A stretch of 60,033 bases of DNA, the filler included, from Sphacelaria rigidula (Eukaryota): NCBI GenBank assembly GCA_964200075.2. It is 9 parts of 9 records of this genome, joined end to end, with 100 filler letters (N's around TTAATTAATTAA, not from the genome) between each part and the next. Parts side by side here need not be neighbours in the genome. Positions count along the whole stretch, not along the records: positions 1 to 6,582 come from CAXNAA020019227.1; positions 6,683 to 13,264 come from CAXNAA020019228.1; 7 more parts are not named here. One strand, given 5' to 3'. Shown piece by piece: positions 1 through 11,555 of this stretch. A model generated the notes under the pieces. That model was not told the DNA's origin and did no database searches. It saw only the letters and a program-made list of their open reading frames with translations. The position numbers were made by a program, and so were the translations under genes. Every line of letters starts with the position of its first letter. Positions within the stretch are counted from its first letter, which is position 1.

Positions 1-484
1 GAAAGCTTGGCCAACGATTCCCCCGCACTTTGCACCAGCTTCTATCCTTCAAGATCTCTAAGAAGTCTACGTCCCGCTTGGTGCTCCTTCTCGTAGGTCA
101 TTTGGTCGGTCATCGGTAAGGTCTTTGCTTCATGAGTGCAGTAGGTCTTATGCCATTTCTTGTCCATCCCTTCCCTTCATTAAGTGCTTTTTGCACCTAA
201 TGTTGGGAATTTCCGGAAATGGCTGACCAGACTTTCACCGCCCAATGGAAACCTGTAAGGGTTTACGGGTATGTCACCACGAGACCCCAACCTCCATGTG
301 AATTTGACATGCAGGGGGTGATGACCCTACCCTACCCGTACTGGTTATATCTTCTGTACTTTTGATTTGCATGTAAGGTGGTCAACCTTCATACCGTTGT
401 TTACATATCTAGGTTTTGGCTTTTATTATCGTCTTGCGTTTGTGATAATATGATGGGAAGAACCTCGGTTATTTTCCGCGATTC

Positions 485-690
485 CATGTCTATGTCAGGG
501 CTGTGTTATAGTAGGTTATATAAAAGGAGGGTGAGCTTCTCTATTTCAGGTTCATGTCCGGGCTGTGTTACAGTAGGTTAAATAAAAAGGAGGGTCAGCT
601 TCTCTATTTCATGTCTATGTCCGGGCTGTGTTATAATAGGTTAAATAAAAGGAGGCTTAGCTTCTCTATTTCATGTCCATATCCGGGTAA
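485..690 (+). repeat. Three ~60-bp degenerate tandem repeats upstream of the transposase
   Basis: Unit ATGTC(C/A)GGGCTGTGTTA(T/C)A(G/A)TAGGTTA(A/T)ATAAAA(A)GGAGG(G/C)TNAGCTTCTCTATTTCA occurs three times. Confidence 0.85.
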
Positions 691-806
691 ACGTTTGGAG
701 CACGAAGTAACCAAGCTCGAAAAGCACATACTCGGAGAGCAGTCTTTCATGCGTACACCATGCACAATATCAGGATCTAATCCAACTCACCTGTGCCTCT
801 CAGACC

Positions 807-3800
807 TTGCGTGATCATCGTATCGCCCCCTTACCCGGACGAACGATCCCCGTTTGCAAACGTTGTAGGAGGGGGAGTGTTGAGGCATCCGGCTTGCGAA
901 ACATTGCAACGAAAAACAACCACGGCCACTGGATCTGCAAGTGCGGGCAGAACTTTGGCAAAGCTCAAGATTGGAGCGACGAGTCGGTAGATTTACACGC
1001 AAAATCCGACAAGCACAGGTGAGTACATCGCGGAACTACAACCAACCCGGTCACTTTCATGATGTAGTACGAGTGACACAGTTAGGGTTATATGTTGAAT
1101 AGATGCTGCTAATGCTGGTCATTGCTACTTGGCTGCTACAACACAGTTCTTCTTTGCCCGACGTTCCCCCCTGTCCCAACATGCCAGAGCCATGGGTCAT
1201 GCGAAATGAACTACTCCAGCAATCAACTCGTTTTTCGAGAAAAAACTGGGCGACAGCATCGAGGCAAAGAGTCCACAAGAAATGAACATCGCCACAAACA
1301 ACGACGTGGTTGTTGATCTAGCGCATACGTCGTCAGTGGATGAGGCGGCGACGATGTCTGGCGTTGAGGAAGAAAACCAAGCAGGCGACAATGGCGCGGG
1401 TGCGGGTGGAGATGACTTGTTCGAAGCGCTTTCACGGTCACTGCCATCGTCAGGCGAGGAAGATGGTGCTGGAGGAATATTGCTAGCGACTAGCCCCGGG
1501 CAAGACCTCACACACAACTGCGTAGGACTCACGCCCAATCTCAATGAGCCATTCGTCAGGAACTACCCTATAGCGAGACACGGCACGACCACCGATAACC
1601 TACCGTGGGAAGTACGGGTAGTAGGAAAAACATGTCGCTGTTTGCCGTGCAAACCAGCGTCGGGGGGAACCAAAGATGCCAAAAAATGGTGGACCGGAAA
1701 GGAGGAACATACACCCCATGTGCCAACATTTCCTACAAGCCAGAGTAGCAACGTGAGTGTCGGTGGTAGTACGTACGGATAGTGTTGGGATGCAGATCAG
1801 CTTAGTTGGTGGACTTTGCTTCCTGGTCGGGTTCTCCAAGTTCCTCTAATTTACTGTTTCGTCGCACCTGTCTGTTTTGTCCAATACGTGGGCATACAAT
1901 CCAGGTTTGGTTGAGCGGGCGGGCAAAAAAGGCACGGACGCCAAGATTAAGAACTGTGGATACGCCCAGCTTACTCCGCAGCAAACTGAAGATCGAGGGA
2001 GGCACTGGAAAGAACACGCTACACGAAACCGGCTTTCAGTCATGAATCTCGTGAAAAAGTCTGCTCGCCTTATAGGGCAATTACAGAAAAGCGTCCCGAT
2101 ATTTCTTGCAAACAACGAGGTGGCCGGTAGTAGAAGGTTGCTAAGCCAAGCACTGAAAGATGGCTTGTCCGCAAAGGGAATGCTGCCGAGGCTGGAGCAG
2201 GCATTCCTCGGCAAGTACCACGCTGAAGGCTTCAGCGACAAGGAGTTTGACATGGCCATCCTAGCACTACGGCTGCGAGGGCAGGCTCTTTTATACGCTT
2301 TGTCTAAATCCTCAGGGTTCCCCGGAGTTTCGACGGTGTACAAGGAGCTGAGGGATCGGTCGGTGAGTGCCAACAAGCGCAAAGGAGTTTCCAATGCCTC
2401 AGCTTGCCTCACTTCTGAGCTGGGTTTGGCTACGATGTTTGGCCATGTTTGATGTTTGCCAACGAATATCGTTGTTCCCCGTCTCGCCCCCGCGCAGAGG
2501 GCGAGCCTACGCATTTCAAGTGATGTTTTCAGGCTCGATCCATCCTTGCAGATGAGGTTCGTGCTGTGTGCTTCCTTCGATAAGGATTGTCTTAGACACG
2601 CCGTTAAAGTCAACCTGGAGGGTATTCTGCCGCTGTTCGAAGGAAGGAAACGGATCTTCATCCTACAGATGGATGGAATCGCAGTGGAGCAACGGGCGAG
2701 ATACTACAAAGAACGAGACGAGGTACAACCAACGTGCCAAACAATATTGAGCTCTTTGCCTTCCTTGAGTTTCACCTTTTCAATTGAACGGAGCTGAACC
2801 CTTTCCAACCCTCTCCCATCAACCACCATTGTGAAAAAAAATGCCAGATTGTTGGGTTATGCGTGCAACATACGCCCTCAGAGTGTACCGAATTCAGTGG
2901 AATCGCAAACCTGGAACGTATCCAAAAGTTGCTGGCGAAGAAGGAGGATGGAATCGAAATAGGGAAGGAGTGCACCGTCATATCTATTTCGGCTCTCGGA
3001 GAAAGAAAATATCACGTTTTCCCAGTGGTGGTGTTCTCCAGCTGCAAGGCATCCAATCCCGGACAGCAGGAGCTGGTTCTGACGACGGTAAGGCTCTGTA
3101 AACGTGTCGTTCAAATATGGTGATCAGGATTGTCGGTGATATGCCAAAGTGCGTTTGGAAAACCGCACAAAATTACGACAAGCGGGTCACGTCATATGAC
3201 CCTAACCTCTTGGCCGAACGACATCACCACGACGCACATACAGGAACTGTGGAGGGACGATTCGAGGTTTGGTGGTGCCCTCGGGCCCATCTCCATCCTA
3301 GCTTCAGATGGCGATGCTACCCGCCGGGTCGTGCTTCATCAACGTGCCAATGTGCCCCTACCCACCGGAGATGGTAGCCTGGAGGGGTGCGGCCTCCTCG
3401 AGAAACACACTGACGTCTTCGACGCCATGCAGTGCTACGACTTTAAGCACAATCTCAAGCGATTCCGCACGAGGAATGGGACGAAGATAGGGCAGCAGAT
3501 CAGCCGCTCCGGACTCACGCTTAGCGACGACACCATGACACAGCTCTTTCGAATCCACGACAAAGACGCCAAGGCGTCATATCGGGATTTGTTCCACCCG
3601 GAAGACAAGTGAGCTGAGCATGAACGAAATTAAACCATGATCGCTTTGGACGGATGTGCCCTAAAACGTCGTCGAGAAATACTCATGATCATTTGTTAAT
3701 GCGCGCTTCTGGTGGTTTCCTGACGGGTTGCTTGATGCAGGCAAAATGTCCCCAGCACGATTCGGCTGTTCCAGAAAGTGGTGGCTGCTGCCAAACCTGA

Positions 3801-5607
3801 CGAGGAGAGCATGACCGACCTGAGAAAGCGCCCGGTGTTGCACGCTTCACACCGCGAAATCTTGGTGAGCAACGGATGCTGCCCCACCGAGCTGCTGTGC
3901 GTTTTGAACACCTTTGGTGAAGTAACGTGAGAACAACCGAAAGGTCGCACCGCAGCTACTAGACACCCACATCTGCACTTTCTGAACCTTGTCTACTGGG
4001 CCCGAAACAGGTGAAGGCCGCAATGTCGGAGCGTCTCCTGGCAGAATTGCTCGACTGTAAGAAGGGCGTAGCTGAGCTTCTTGCGGGGCTTCCGTGCGTG
4101 GCACACTCGCTGCTACTTCTATATCGAGAGCACAAAACACGCTACGTCACCGGGCAGCTGTACCATGATATGCAAGCGACGATTCGAGGGGTCTTCTACG
4201 TAATCGCCTAAGCTAAGGTGCACTGCCCGACAGAGTCCATCTTCATCTTCCAAATTGGAACGGGCGGTCTTGAACACCGTTTCGCCATGGCGCGAACTCT
4301 GACGCCTTCTAGCAACTTCGACATGAAGGAACTAGGTGATCGTCTGGGTGCTGCGGTTTCCACCGAGGAGATCTACAGCAGACGCCCGGACGCCAAACGA
4401 GACTCTCGTTCGCGGGGCCGGCTTCAGAGTGTGAGGGGTTACACTCCAATCAACAGCGTCACCGGGAGTATCGCAGATGGAAGCTCCCTTGGTACGCTGC
4501 AGGTCGGCGACCCTTTCGCCACGCTTGTTAAACTGCCGGGGCCGCGAAACGCAACTGCCACGTACGCGCTAGGAATACTTGCGGTAAATGCACCACCCGG
4601 CTCAGACGTTTGGGGGACACACCGTGGCAGGGAAGCTCATGGTTTTCACTAAGGAGGCGATTGAGCGGGGAGAAGAAGCTTTCGAGTGGAAAGATCGGAT
4701 GCTGGATGCCCACACATACACCTGCCCTTTGAAGCTCATAACTGAGCTGGATCCAGACATGACCGAAGAGTTAATGTACACGTTCACAATGAAGGGATTG
4801 TCGAGCGTGCGGGACGCGCTGGTTTCGAGGACAGAGAAAATGCAAGGGTGGGAGACCTTGCCTGCCCTACGGAAGACTGCATCCGGCAAATCGCCCCCTC
4901 CCCCTCTACACGATGGCCTCATCCACCAGTCTTGTGAGGCCGGAGCGTCGGGGGAAGCATCCTCGTCGTGCATCAATGGAAAAGCCATTTGCAAATTCTG
5001 TACCAAGGAGGTCCGCGTAAAAGCAATGGGGCTTCATGTGGCGGGGCACATCCTTGAGGAGGTGCGTGGTGTGATATGGTAAAACAGAAAGGTGCATCTG
5101 TGTTTGCCGAGCAGCGTTGGCAAACATTGCATAAAATGTAGCCGTAAGTATAATAATTTGCTTCGCTCCCAAATCGTGCAGGGCAAGACGCGGAGTGGCG
5201 TATGTGGTTTCTGCGGTCAAGTCGATGGTTGCAAGTCCTGGCTGAACACACCTCGGACTGGAAAAGCGGCGCCGCGGATATATTCCAGATGCCCTCTGGC
5301 GCCGATTGCGAAGGGAGATCAAGGTTCCGTCAAGTCGATTACGCTGAAGACGGCGAATGAATATACCCCAAATAACCCGTGTACCAATGCGCCGATGTCG
5401 TGCATATTCTGTAAGCAATGGGAATGGAAATACTCTATGAGTAGTCACGTCGCGGAATCGAACAGTAGTGCCGCGAACATGAGGAGGGCCGACCCGGACG
5501 GTCAACATTTTTTTGAGTATATTGCTGTCAGCGAGGCTGAGAAGAAAGCTGTGGGCTCATTGTTAAAAAGAAGGGTGGGTATCGTGGCGAACACAATACG
5601 AACGTAG
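807..5607 (+). pseudogene. Degenerate intron-containing P-element/THAP9-like DDE transposase with C-terminal Cys/His Zn-finger region
   Basis: Spliced motifs in order: ILQMDGIAVE (D, 2672), intron 2723-2847, IVGLCVQH...KECTVISI...FPVVVFSSCK, ILASDGDATRR (D, 3307), YDFKHNLKRFR, HPEDK|QNV (intron 3609-3740), QLYHDMQATIRGVFYVIA*AKV, IGTGGLEHRFAMART (E, 4272). These are followed by CKFC..HVAGH, CGFCG and PCTNAPMSCIFC..WKYSMSSH. In-frame stops (e.g. 4209) and frameshifts are present. Confidence 0.72.
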
Positions 5608-5636
5608 TACTTCGTGGGAACAAGAAGGGAGGAACC

Positions 5637-5810
5637 GTGACCAAAGCCACGACGAAGAGTAGCAAAGGCAAAGGTCGCCAAGCCGCCTCGAACGAATTGA
5701 GCGATTCCTCCAGCGAATGTCGCAGCGACGAGGACGAGGATGACTATGTGGACGACGGCGACGGCGACGACGGCGAAGAGGACTACGAGGAGGAGGAGAA
5801 AGAACATGAC
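5637..5810 (+). other. Acidic low-complexity coding-like tail, probably the transposase C-terminus
   Basis: Translates as SDSSSECRSDEDEDDYVDDGDGDDGEEDYEEEEKE directly downstream of the Zn-finger exon. Confidence 0.45.
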
Positions 5811-6486
5811 GGGGGGGGGGCGCGGGCGGGGATGGTAGCGACCACGGCACGACGTCTAACAGGGTTGTGCGCACGAGTAGCAGAGGCCGAAAGTTGTTGG
5901 CAAAAAGGAAGCGGAATGCAGGATCATCATTATCGGATGATAAATAGGGGGGGAGACGGTGCCCCGCCGGGGGGAGGATTGGTTGACCAGTCAGTGTAAC
6001 TCAATGAAATCAATTATCTACGAAAAAAGGCGACGGAGGATCGTCGTGCTTTTATTGTAAATCAAATCCTCATGCCGAAACAAGCTCTACAGTATGACAT
6101 GCTCATTGGCGGGCTCAAGTTGGGCAGGCATTGGGGTGCTCCACTCTCGGAATTCAATTTTCGATTATTTGCCTGTGCCAATAATTCCAGCTTTGCACGA
6201 AACGACTCCAGCGGAAAAAAGACGAAGTTGACCTTCCTTGCTAAAAACCAAGACCAAGCTTTTGTCTTTTTGTACTTACTTGTATAAAAAGAGTTATCAC
6301 TTGGATCACAAGGAAGGACAAATGCAGCAGCACACACTTACAAACAACAATACAAGAGTCGAAAGAGAGGCGCCAACGCACGAACGGCACAACTGAATCG
6401 TTTGGACAACGTCTTCCTCATTTACTGACGTCAACAAGGCTCCGAAACACCCATTTCGTTTGATTTATTTATTTTTTGCCTGACAA

Positions 6487-6559
6487 GGGGGGGCGTTCTT
6501 ATGTGTTGCTTGCCTTAGTCGTTCGATCATTGATCACGCATCCGTTTCGAGACGAAGCA
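6487..6559 (+). repeat. Interspersed repeat family A (poly-G followed by GCGTACTCATTTGTTGCTTGCCTTAGTCG...ACGCATC...GAGACGAAGCA)
   Basis: Related copies at 9317-9387, 10515-10597, 13460-13532 (minus) and 26598-26628. Confidence 0.85.
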
Positions 6560-6582
6560 CCGTTCCTACTCCTAATAGAGAC

Positions 6583-6682
6583 NNNNNNNNNNNNNNNNNN
6601 NNNNNNNNNNNNNNNNNNNNNNNNNNTTAATTAATTAANNNNNNNNNNNNNNNNNNNNNNNNNNNNNNNNNNNNNNNNNNNN
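6583..6682. other. Artificial contig linker N44-TTAATTAATTAA-N44
   Basis: Six-frame-stop linker, identical at all eight joins. Confidence 0.99.
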
Positions 6683-6690
6683 ATACAGCC

Positions 6691-6995
6691 GCGTCCCGGT
6701 GGTGTAATGGTCCGACTGTGGCCATTGGGGTGGAGAGAACGGGGGTTCGATTCCCGATGCGTTGGGTTTTTTCTTCGTAGTGTATAATTTTCACCGTGGA
6801 AACGTGATGACGTGAGTAACGAAGATAGTCGACTGGGTTTGTGTGACGTGAGTTGACGCATGCGGGAGTGCTGACCCGATCCGCGAGACCAAAATGAAGG
6901 GCACGTACAGGGGGAGAAATATGTTGATCCCTTGAGACCACGGACTCATCCCGAGGAGGGGGAGGGGTTCGGAGTGTGAGTGGCGGAAAAAAAAA
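6691..6995 (+). mobile_element. tRNA-derived SINE-like element (family B)
   Basis: A box TGGTGTAATGG (6700-6710), B box GGTTCGATTCC (6744-6754), ~230-bp body and A9 tail. The body recurs at 25731-25970 (minus), 39914-39990 (minus) and, degenerate, at ~18205-18290. Confidence 0.75.
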
Positions 6996-7660
6996 CAATG
7001 GAAGCAACTGACCGTAAAAAATCCACGAATATGCAACAGAGAATACAAGTGCGCCCGCCCCCTGGTACCGACCCATCCTTACCCTGTTTTTCGATTTCAT
7101 GACCTGTTGGCGGTGACCTTCTTTGTACAAAACTCCGCGTCTTTCCGCTGCTGTGAAGATGTCATCATCGTTCAGTGTTTCAACACAATCACTGCTCACA
7201 TCAATCCAGCGTTGTTTTACTCGCGTTCGCCCTCGAGTTGTAATGCGTTGAAGTGCGGAGTAAGAACGTTGCGGCACACGATTGTTGTGGACTTCGCATG
7301 ATCGTCGTAGATTTCTACGTTGCCTGTTACACTCAGAGCCTGGCTTGTGGTATTATACGGCGAGCCAGGCCTGAAGTTATTGCCGTATTTTTTGCATGTC
7401 CATTCGTGATGCTGTATCTACGAAACGACAGAGATAGGTAGCAGCGGAACTCCGAGAGTTGCAACCATCGGCCGAGACAAGTCCGCCCCCAAAACTTTGG
7501 TGAAAGATATTCCCAAACTGATAAATCTCGTGAAAACTAGAACGAACACCGAGGAAGCAACACATGATTGGAGCAGATCTCTTCGCGGCTAACTTGCAAA
7601 TCTCATGAGTCGTTAACCTCCACGCATCGTCTATCGAATTGTTTATATCGCGGCGGACAG

Positions 7661-7822
7661 GTCGTCGACTCGGGTTTGGACGAAACTTCGTGCTTCTTCA
7701 TAGACGAAGACGGATTGGAGATTGAGCACGGAGCGTACTTCGAAATAGTCACGAATCCAGACGGAGACAGCGATCTTGTGCAGACAGGAGGTCCCTACCC
7801 CTACGATCTCAGCCGCCGGAAG
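7661..7822 (+). CDS. Subtilisin-like S8 serine protease exon (catalytic Asp)
   Basis: AG/GT-bounded 162-bp exon encoding VVDSGLDETSCFFIDEDG...PYDLSRRK; the D-S/T-G motif is typical of subtilases. Confidence 0.8.
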
Positions 7823-8019
7823 GTTTGTGGTGTTTTATTGAGACCCCGAATGACGATGATTGATTCTAGCGTTTTTCACGAAATGTGCGAGTAGTCTAGT
7901 CACTGCTACAAAAAAGCCGTCAATGCGAAAAAATCGCTGATTCTGTACCGATCCTGTACAGCATCAATGATGGGTGATGGGCTAATGCTACGATACCTCC
8001 CTTCGGAACCAGCCCAAAA

Positions 8020-8195
8020 CCGTCACGAAGAAGATGGTCATACGGCGCATGATGCTTGGTTCCAGGCTGCATGAACAGCCTCATATGGGCGACATGAACG
8101 AAAACGATCCCAAGGGTGGGACTTTCCAGCTGCTGGTTGTGCTCGGCTTTTTCATTTCGGTTTACGTGCAGATTTTGCATCTTCAAACCAGCCAC
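8020..8195 (+). repeat. Internal fragment of the 4-bp-TSD MITE family
   Basis: CCAGGCTGCATGAACAGCCTCATATGGGCGACAT...TTGTGCTCGGCTTTTTCATTTCGGTTTACGTG matches copies at 21982-22251, 46772-46940 and 56854-57247. Confidence 0.75.
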
Positions 8196-9316
8196 TTTCT
8201 TCTCTTCTCTTTTTGAAGAGGGATATATCGTAGCATTGGTCGATCGCACAAAACACGCCACGGCTCAGGGCATAGCGGCTTAAATGATGCACTGGAGAAC
8301 ACCCAGACTACCACAGAGTGGTGGAGACGTCCACTCCGAGATACCTATTATTGTAGTATCAACCCTCATTTCGCTCTGAAAAACACCATGTATTTCACAT
8401 TCAAGATTACCGACTCGGGGTATTCAAGACGGGCTATCAAATAGGCAATCCGGACATCGCATCTACGCTGTCGATTTAGTGGAGGTAGGAAGAGTTTGCA
8501 GCCAAGTCGGGTACAGTCCGGATTCGAAACGCCAAATAAACTTGCAGCGCTTGGACCGACGGGTCCTGACCAATGCATTTGAATTTGGACCAAGTTGCGA
8601 GCTATCATTGTTGCCAGTCTCCTGTTTCGGCTGTTTCAGTACATTCAAAACCTCATCAAGAGTCGAACATTTAGTGCATGCACTTACGACTACATAGGCG
8701 CCATCAAGGACGTCCCAGCAGGGTGGCATCCATCACTTCGTCCTGCCGTAAACGAACGGTGGTACTCCTGACGATCCAAGGGATATATAGTAACAGGGTA
8801 TCGATGTTTTGATATACCTTTCCTGCGTTCAAAAGAATCATCATGCAGTCCGGCCACAAATGGCTCATGCATCAAATAAGACGAGCTCGGGTGAGAATGT
8901 TTGGGGAGCACATATTCTCGTCCATAGCAGTCCAGGAGGGGGTGAATGGCGGTCTCAAACCAGCAGGTAGGATGGGTACGTTCTCGTGGTCATTCGCTGT
9001 TCAGGGCCATCGACATTGGCATTTGACAGGCCATGGTGTTGAACTATGGTCCCAGCGGGTACTTCCAGATGGGATGAAACACAATGTTCGCCTGGGTGTC
9101 TGCTGTCCCGTCAAGAGACTAAAAGCTGGCAATACTGAGGGCAAGTTGCAGGCTTTCTATTGATGATGGGTACCGCTCACGTGTTCAGATTCATTGTTGT
9201 CCGGCCGCCAATGGCTCACGCGTCGGACCACGCCCCTTTCCTGCCGAGAATGTTCGGAGAGGGAATGCGTTGCTTTGATCCCCGTGGAAAACGGGGCGGG
9301 AGGGCGTGTGTGTGTC

Positions 9317-9387
9317 GGGGGGGGGGGGGGGGGGGCGTACTCGTTTGTTGCTTGCCTTAGTCGTGTGACCATTGACCACGCATCCCT
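9317..9387 (+). repeat. Repeat family A copy
   Basis: Poly-G then GCGTACTCGTTTGTTGCTTGCCTTAGTCGTGTGACCATTGACCACGCATC. Confidence 0.85.
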
Positions 9388-10629
9388 NNNNNNNNNNCTG
9401 GCCTGGGCTACACCGCAAGGGTCATCAGCCACAGGATGCAATGATAATACGTACCGTAGTCATATGATCATTGACCTCGTGTCTCTACAAAAGAATAGAT
9501 GGAGCACGTCGTTTTATCGTCGGGTCAGGCTCGCAATCAATCACCAAGCGCGATCGGCGAGTCGCATGAGGGGTAGGGTGAGCAAAGATCATGAAGTAGT
9601 AGGATAAGGTGCGTAGGTTCCAACGATGCCTCCCGTGTGTCCAGGGCATCGAATCGTATGTATCAGGCTCTGACGGAAGATCCCTACGCGTACTTGAGGA
9701 GGAAATGGAACCATACCTTCGACGTGGTATCTGCTACCCCGTTAGGGAAAACGGAAATTTTTTACTACTTTGGGTAGATTGTAGGCTTTCTGTAAGTATT
9801 GGTCACGTGTCTCGATTGGTTGATATCCGACCGCAAATGGCTGAAATGTCGGATGAGCGCACTGAGATTTTCAAGTAGGGGATGCATTGATTTCATTCCT
9901 GGGAAAGGGAATAGGGGAACAAAGGAGAGTAGGTCATCTGTTGAAGAGGCATCACATTCACTCGAAACAACTGCGCGTGGTCCAAATGGATTACCCTCGC
10001 GGTCTACAGCTTCACCATTAGACAACGAGAGTAGGTCGCCTGTTGAACCAGCGTCGATTTCGCTCGCAAGAGCTGTGCACTTTCCAGATGGACAACCCTC
10101 GCGGTCTAGGGGTTGTCCTGCTGACCCTGAGGGTGGTGGGTGATCTGTCAAATGGGCAAAATGTAGTTTTTCCTGGGTGTAATAAATGACGCCGATTCAA
10201 CAGATCGCCTATCCTCACGGTATCATAGCTGGACCGCAAAGGTAGTCCACCTGGATCATGCATAGATTTTTCAATCAAAATTGATACCGATTCCTTTATA
10301 TGGTCTACTCTCGCCGTTTAAGCGGTGATCCACGTGTGAATCGGTATCACTTTCACCCGAAAATAAGTGATCAAAAGGATGCCTATCCACTGAAAGGGTA
10401 CATATCATGAGTTTTCTAATTAAACGAACTCGGATTTCTCAAAAACGTGGTCTGGGCTGCTGCGCATGTGACCCAAAGGTAAATAGTTACTGGGTTATTT
10501 CGTGCGTGCAGGTGGCGGGGAAGAGGGCGTAGTCATTTGTTTTTTGCCCTAGTCGGTTGACCATTGACCACGCATCTCTTTCGAGACGAAGCATCGCTCT
10601 TGATCGTAATGGAGACACCTTCAACATTA

Positions 10630-10838
10630 GGGTGCCTGTAATGCGTGAGAGGACCGCGCCGTAGTTCAAAACACCTCAGGATCCACGTTTTTCAAAACCA
10701 ATCAGGCCAGTCCCTGCAGGTACCACGCCCCTGACTCTAACCCCAACACTAACCCTAACCCTAACCCTAACCATAGGGATGTTCAAATTCCGATGCGGTC
10801 CACTAAGCACGCGGTCCTCCCACGCGTTACAGTGCCCA
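10630..10838. mobile_element. MITE with ~28-bp TIRs enclosing telomere-like (CCCTAA)n repeats
   Basis: Left GGGTGCCTGTAATGCGTGAGAGGACCGCG and right CGCGGTCCTCCCACGCGTTACAGTGCCC are inverted; internal CTAACCCTAACCCTAACCCTAACC at ~10748-10772. The core is homologous to 27150-27250 (minus). Confidence 0.7.
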
Positions 10839-11484
10839 TTACGTTTTTCCATGCATTACACAGTAACTTCTACAGATCTCATCTCCATCCTCTTTCGCCG
10901 CTTCTGGCCACCATCTATCTCCTAGTATGGACAACGTATTCTCCCTACTGTCTAATGCACCGAACTATTACATGTCATCTTCTTTCACGCCCCGCATTTC
11001 CCCCTGTAGCACGTCCCGTTCCTTCTTCTATAGTTCACATGTAGTCACTTCATGAGCTCTGCTGTCTAGTACTTCGCCGCAGGGGCAATTCGGTGTATCT
11101 GTTTTCCCCTCTTCTCAACTACTCGTGTGTCTCTTTCTTTTTCCTGGTGGGTTCAGTTCCCCCATCCAAAATCGCAGTTTCATTTTTTTCGCCGCGTCCA
11201 TGGGGCCGTGCAGATATGTTTTCGTCCCTATCCCCTGTCCGAATCCTCCGTATATCTTCAGCTGTTTTCTTCCTAGTCTACGGTATAGCTGGGCATTTCT
11301 TTTCCCCTTATTTCTATCATGTCTCATGCTTCTGTATCGTGCACCTCCTCGACCTATGGGCATTGGTTCGTCTTGATTTCCTTATACAGTATCACCTTCT
11401 ATGCTTTCTCGACTTTCCACGTTATATCAGCCTGCCCTTTCGTTTGAGGAGGGGGAGGGGGGAAATACCAAAAAAGGATGAAAT

Positions 11485-11555
11485 ATGGTCGCCCTAGAAC
11501 CTCCAACCTGCGCTATATCAGTGAGTTGCCTTGCCCATCCAGCCATACACGGTCA
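11485..11555 (-). mobile_element. Degenerate tRNA-like SINE head
   Basis: Minus strand GACCGTGTATGGCTGGATGGGCAAGGCAACTCACTGATATAGCGCAGGTTGGAGGTTCTAGGGCGACC has A-box-like and B-box-like segments. Confidence 0.4.

Noticed and set aside
485..690. CRISPR-like array
   Set aside because: Units are contiguous, with no unique spacers.
6691..6760. Functional tRNA gene
   Set aside because: The anticodon arm and acceptor stem pair poorly, and the sequence is fused to a multi-copy repeat body.
8300..9160. Possible TE coding remnant in the subtilase intron
   Set aside because: Only short fragmented frames with no diagnostic motif.
10735..10772. True telomere
   Set aside because: Only a few units, internal to a contig and inside a TIR element.
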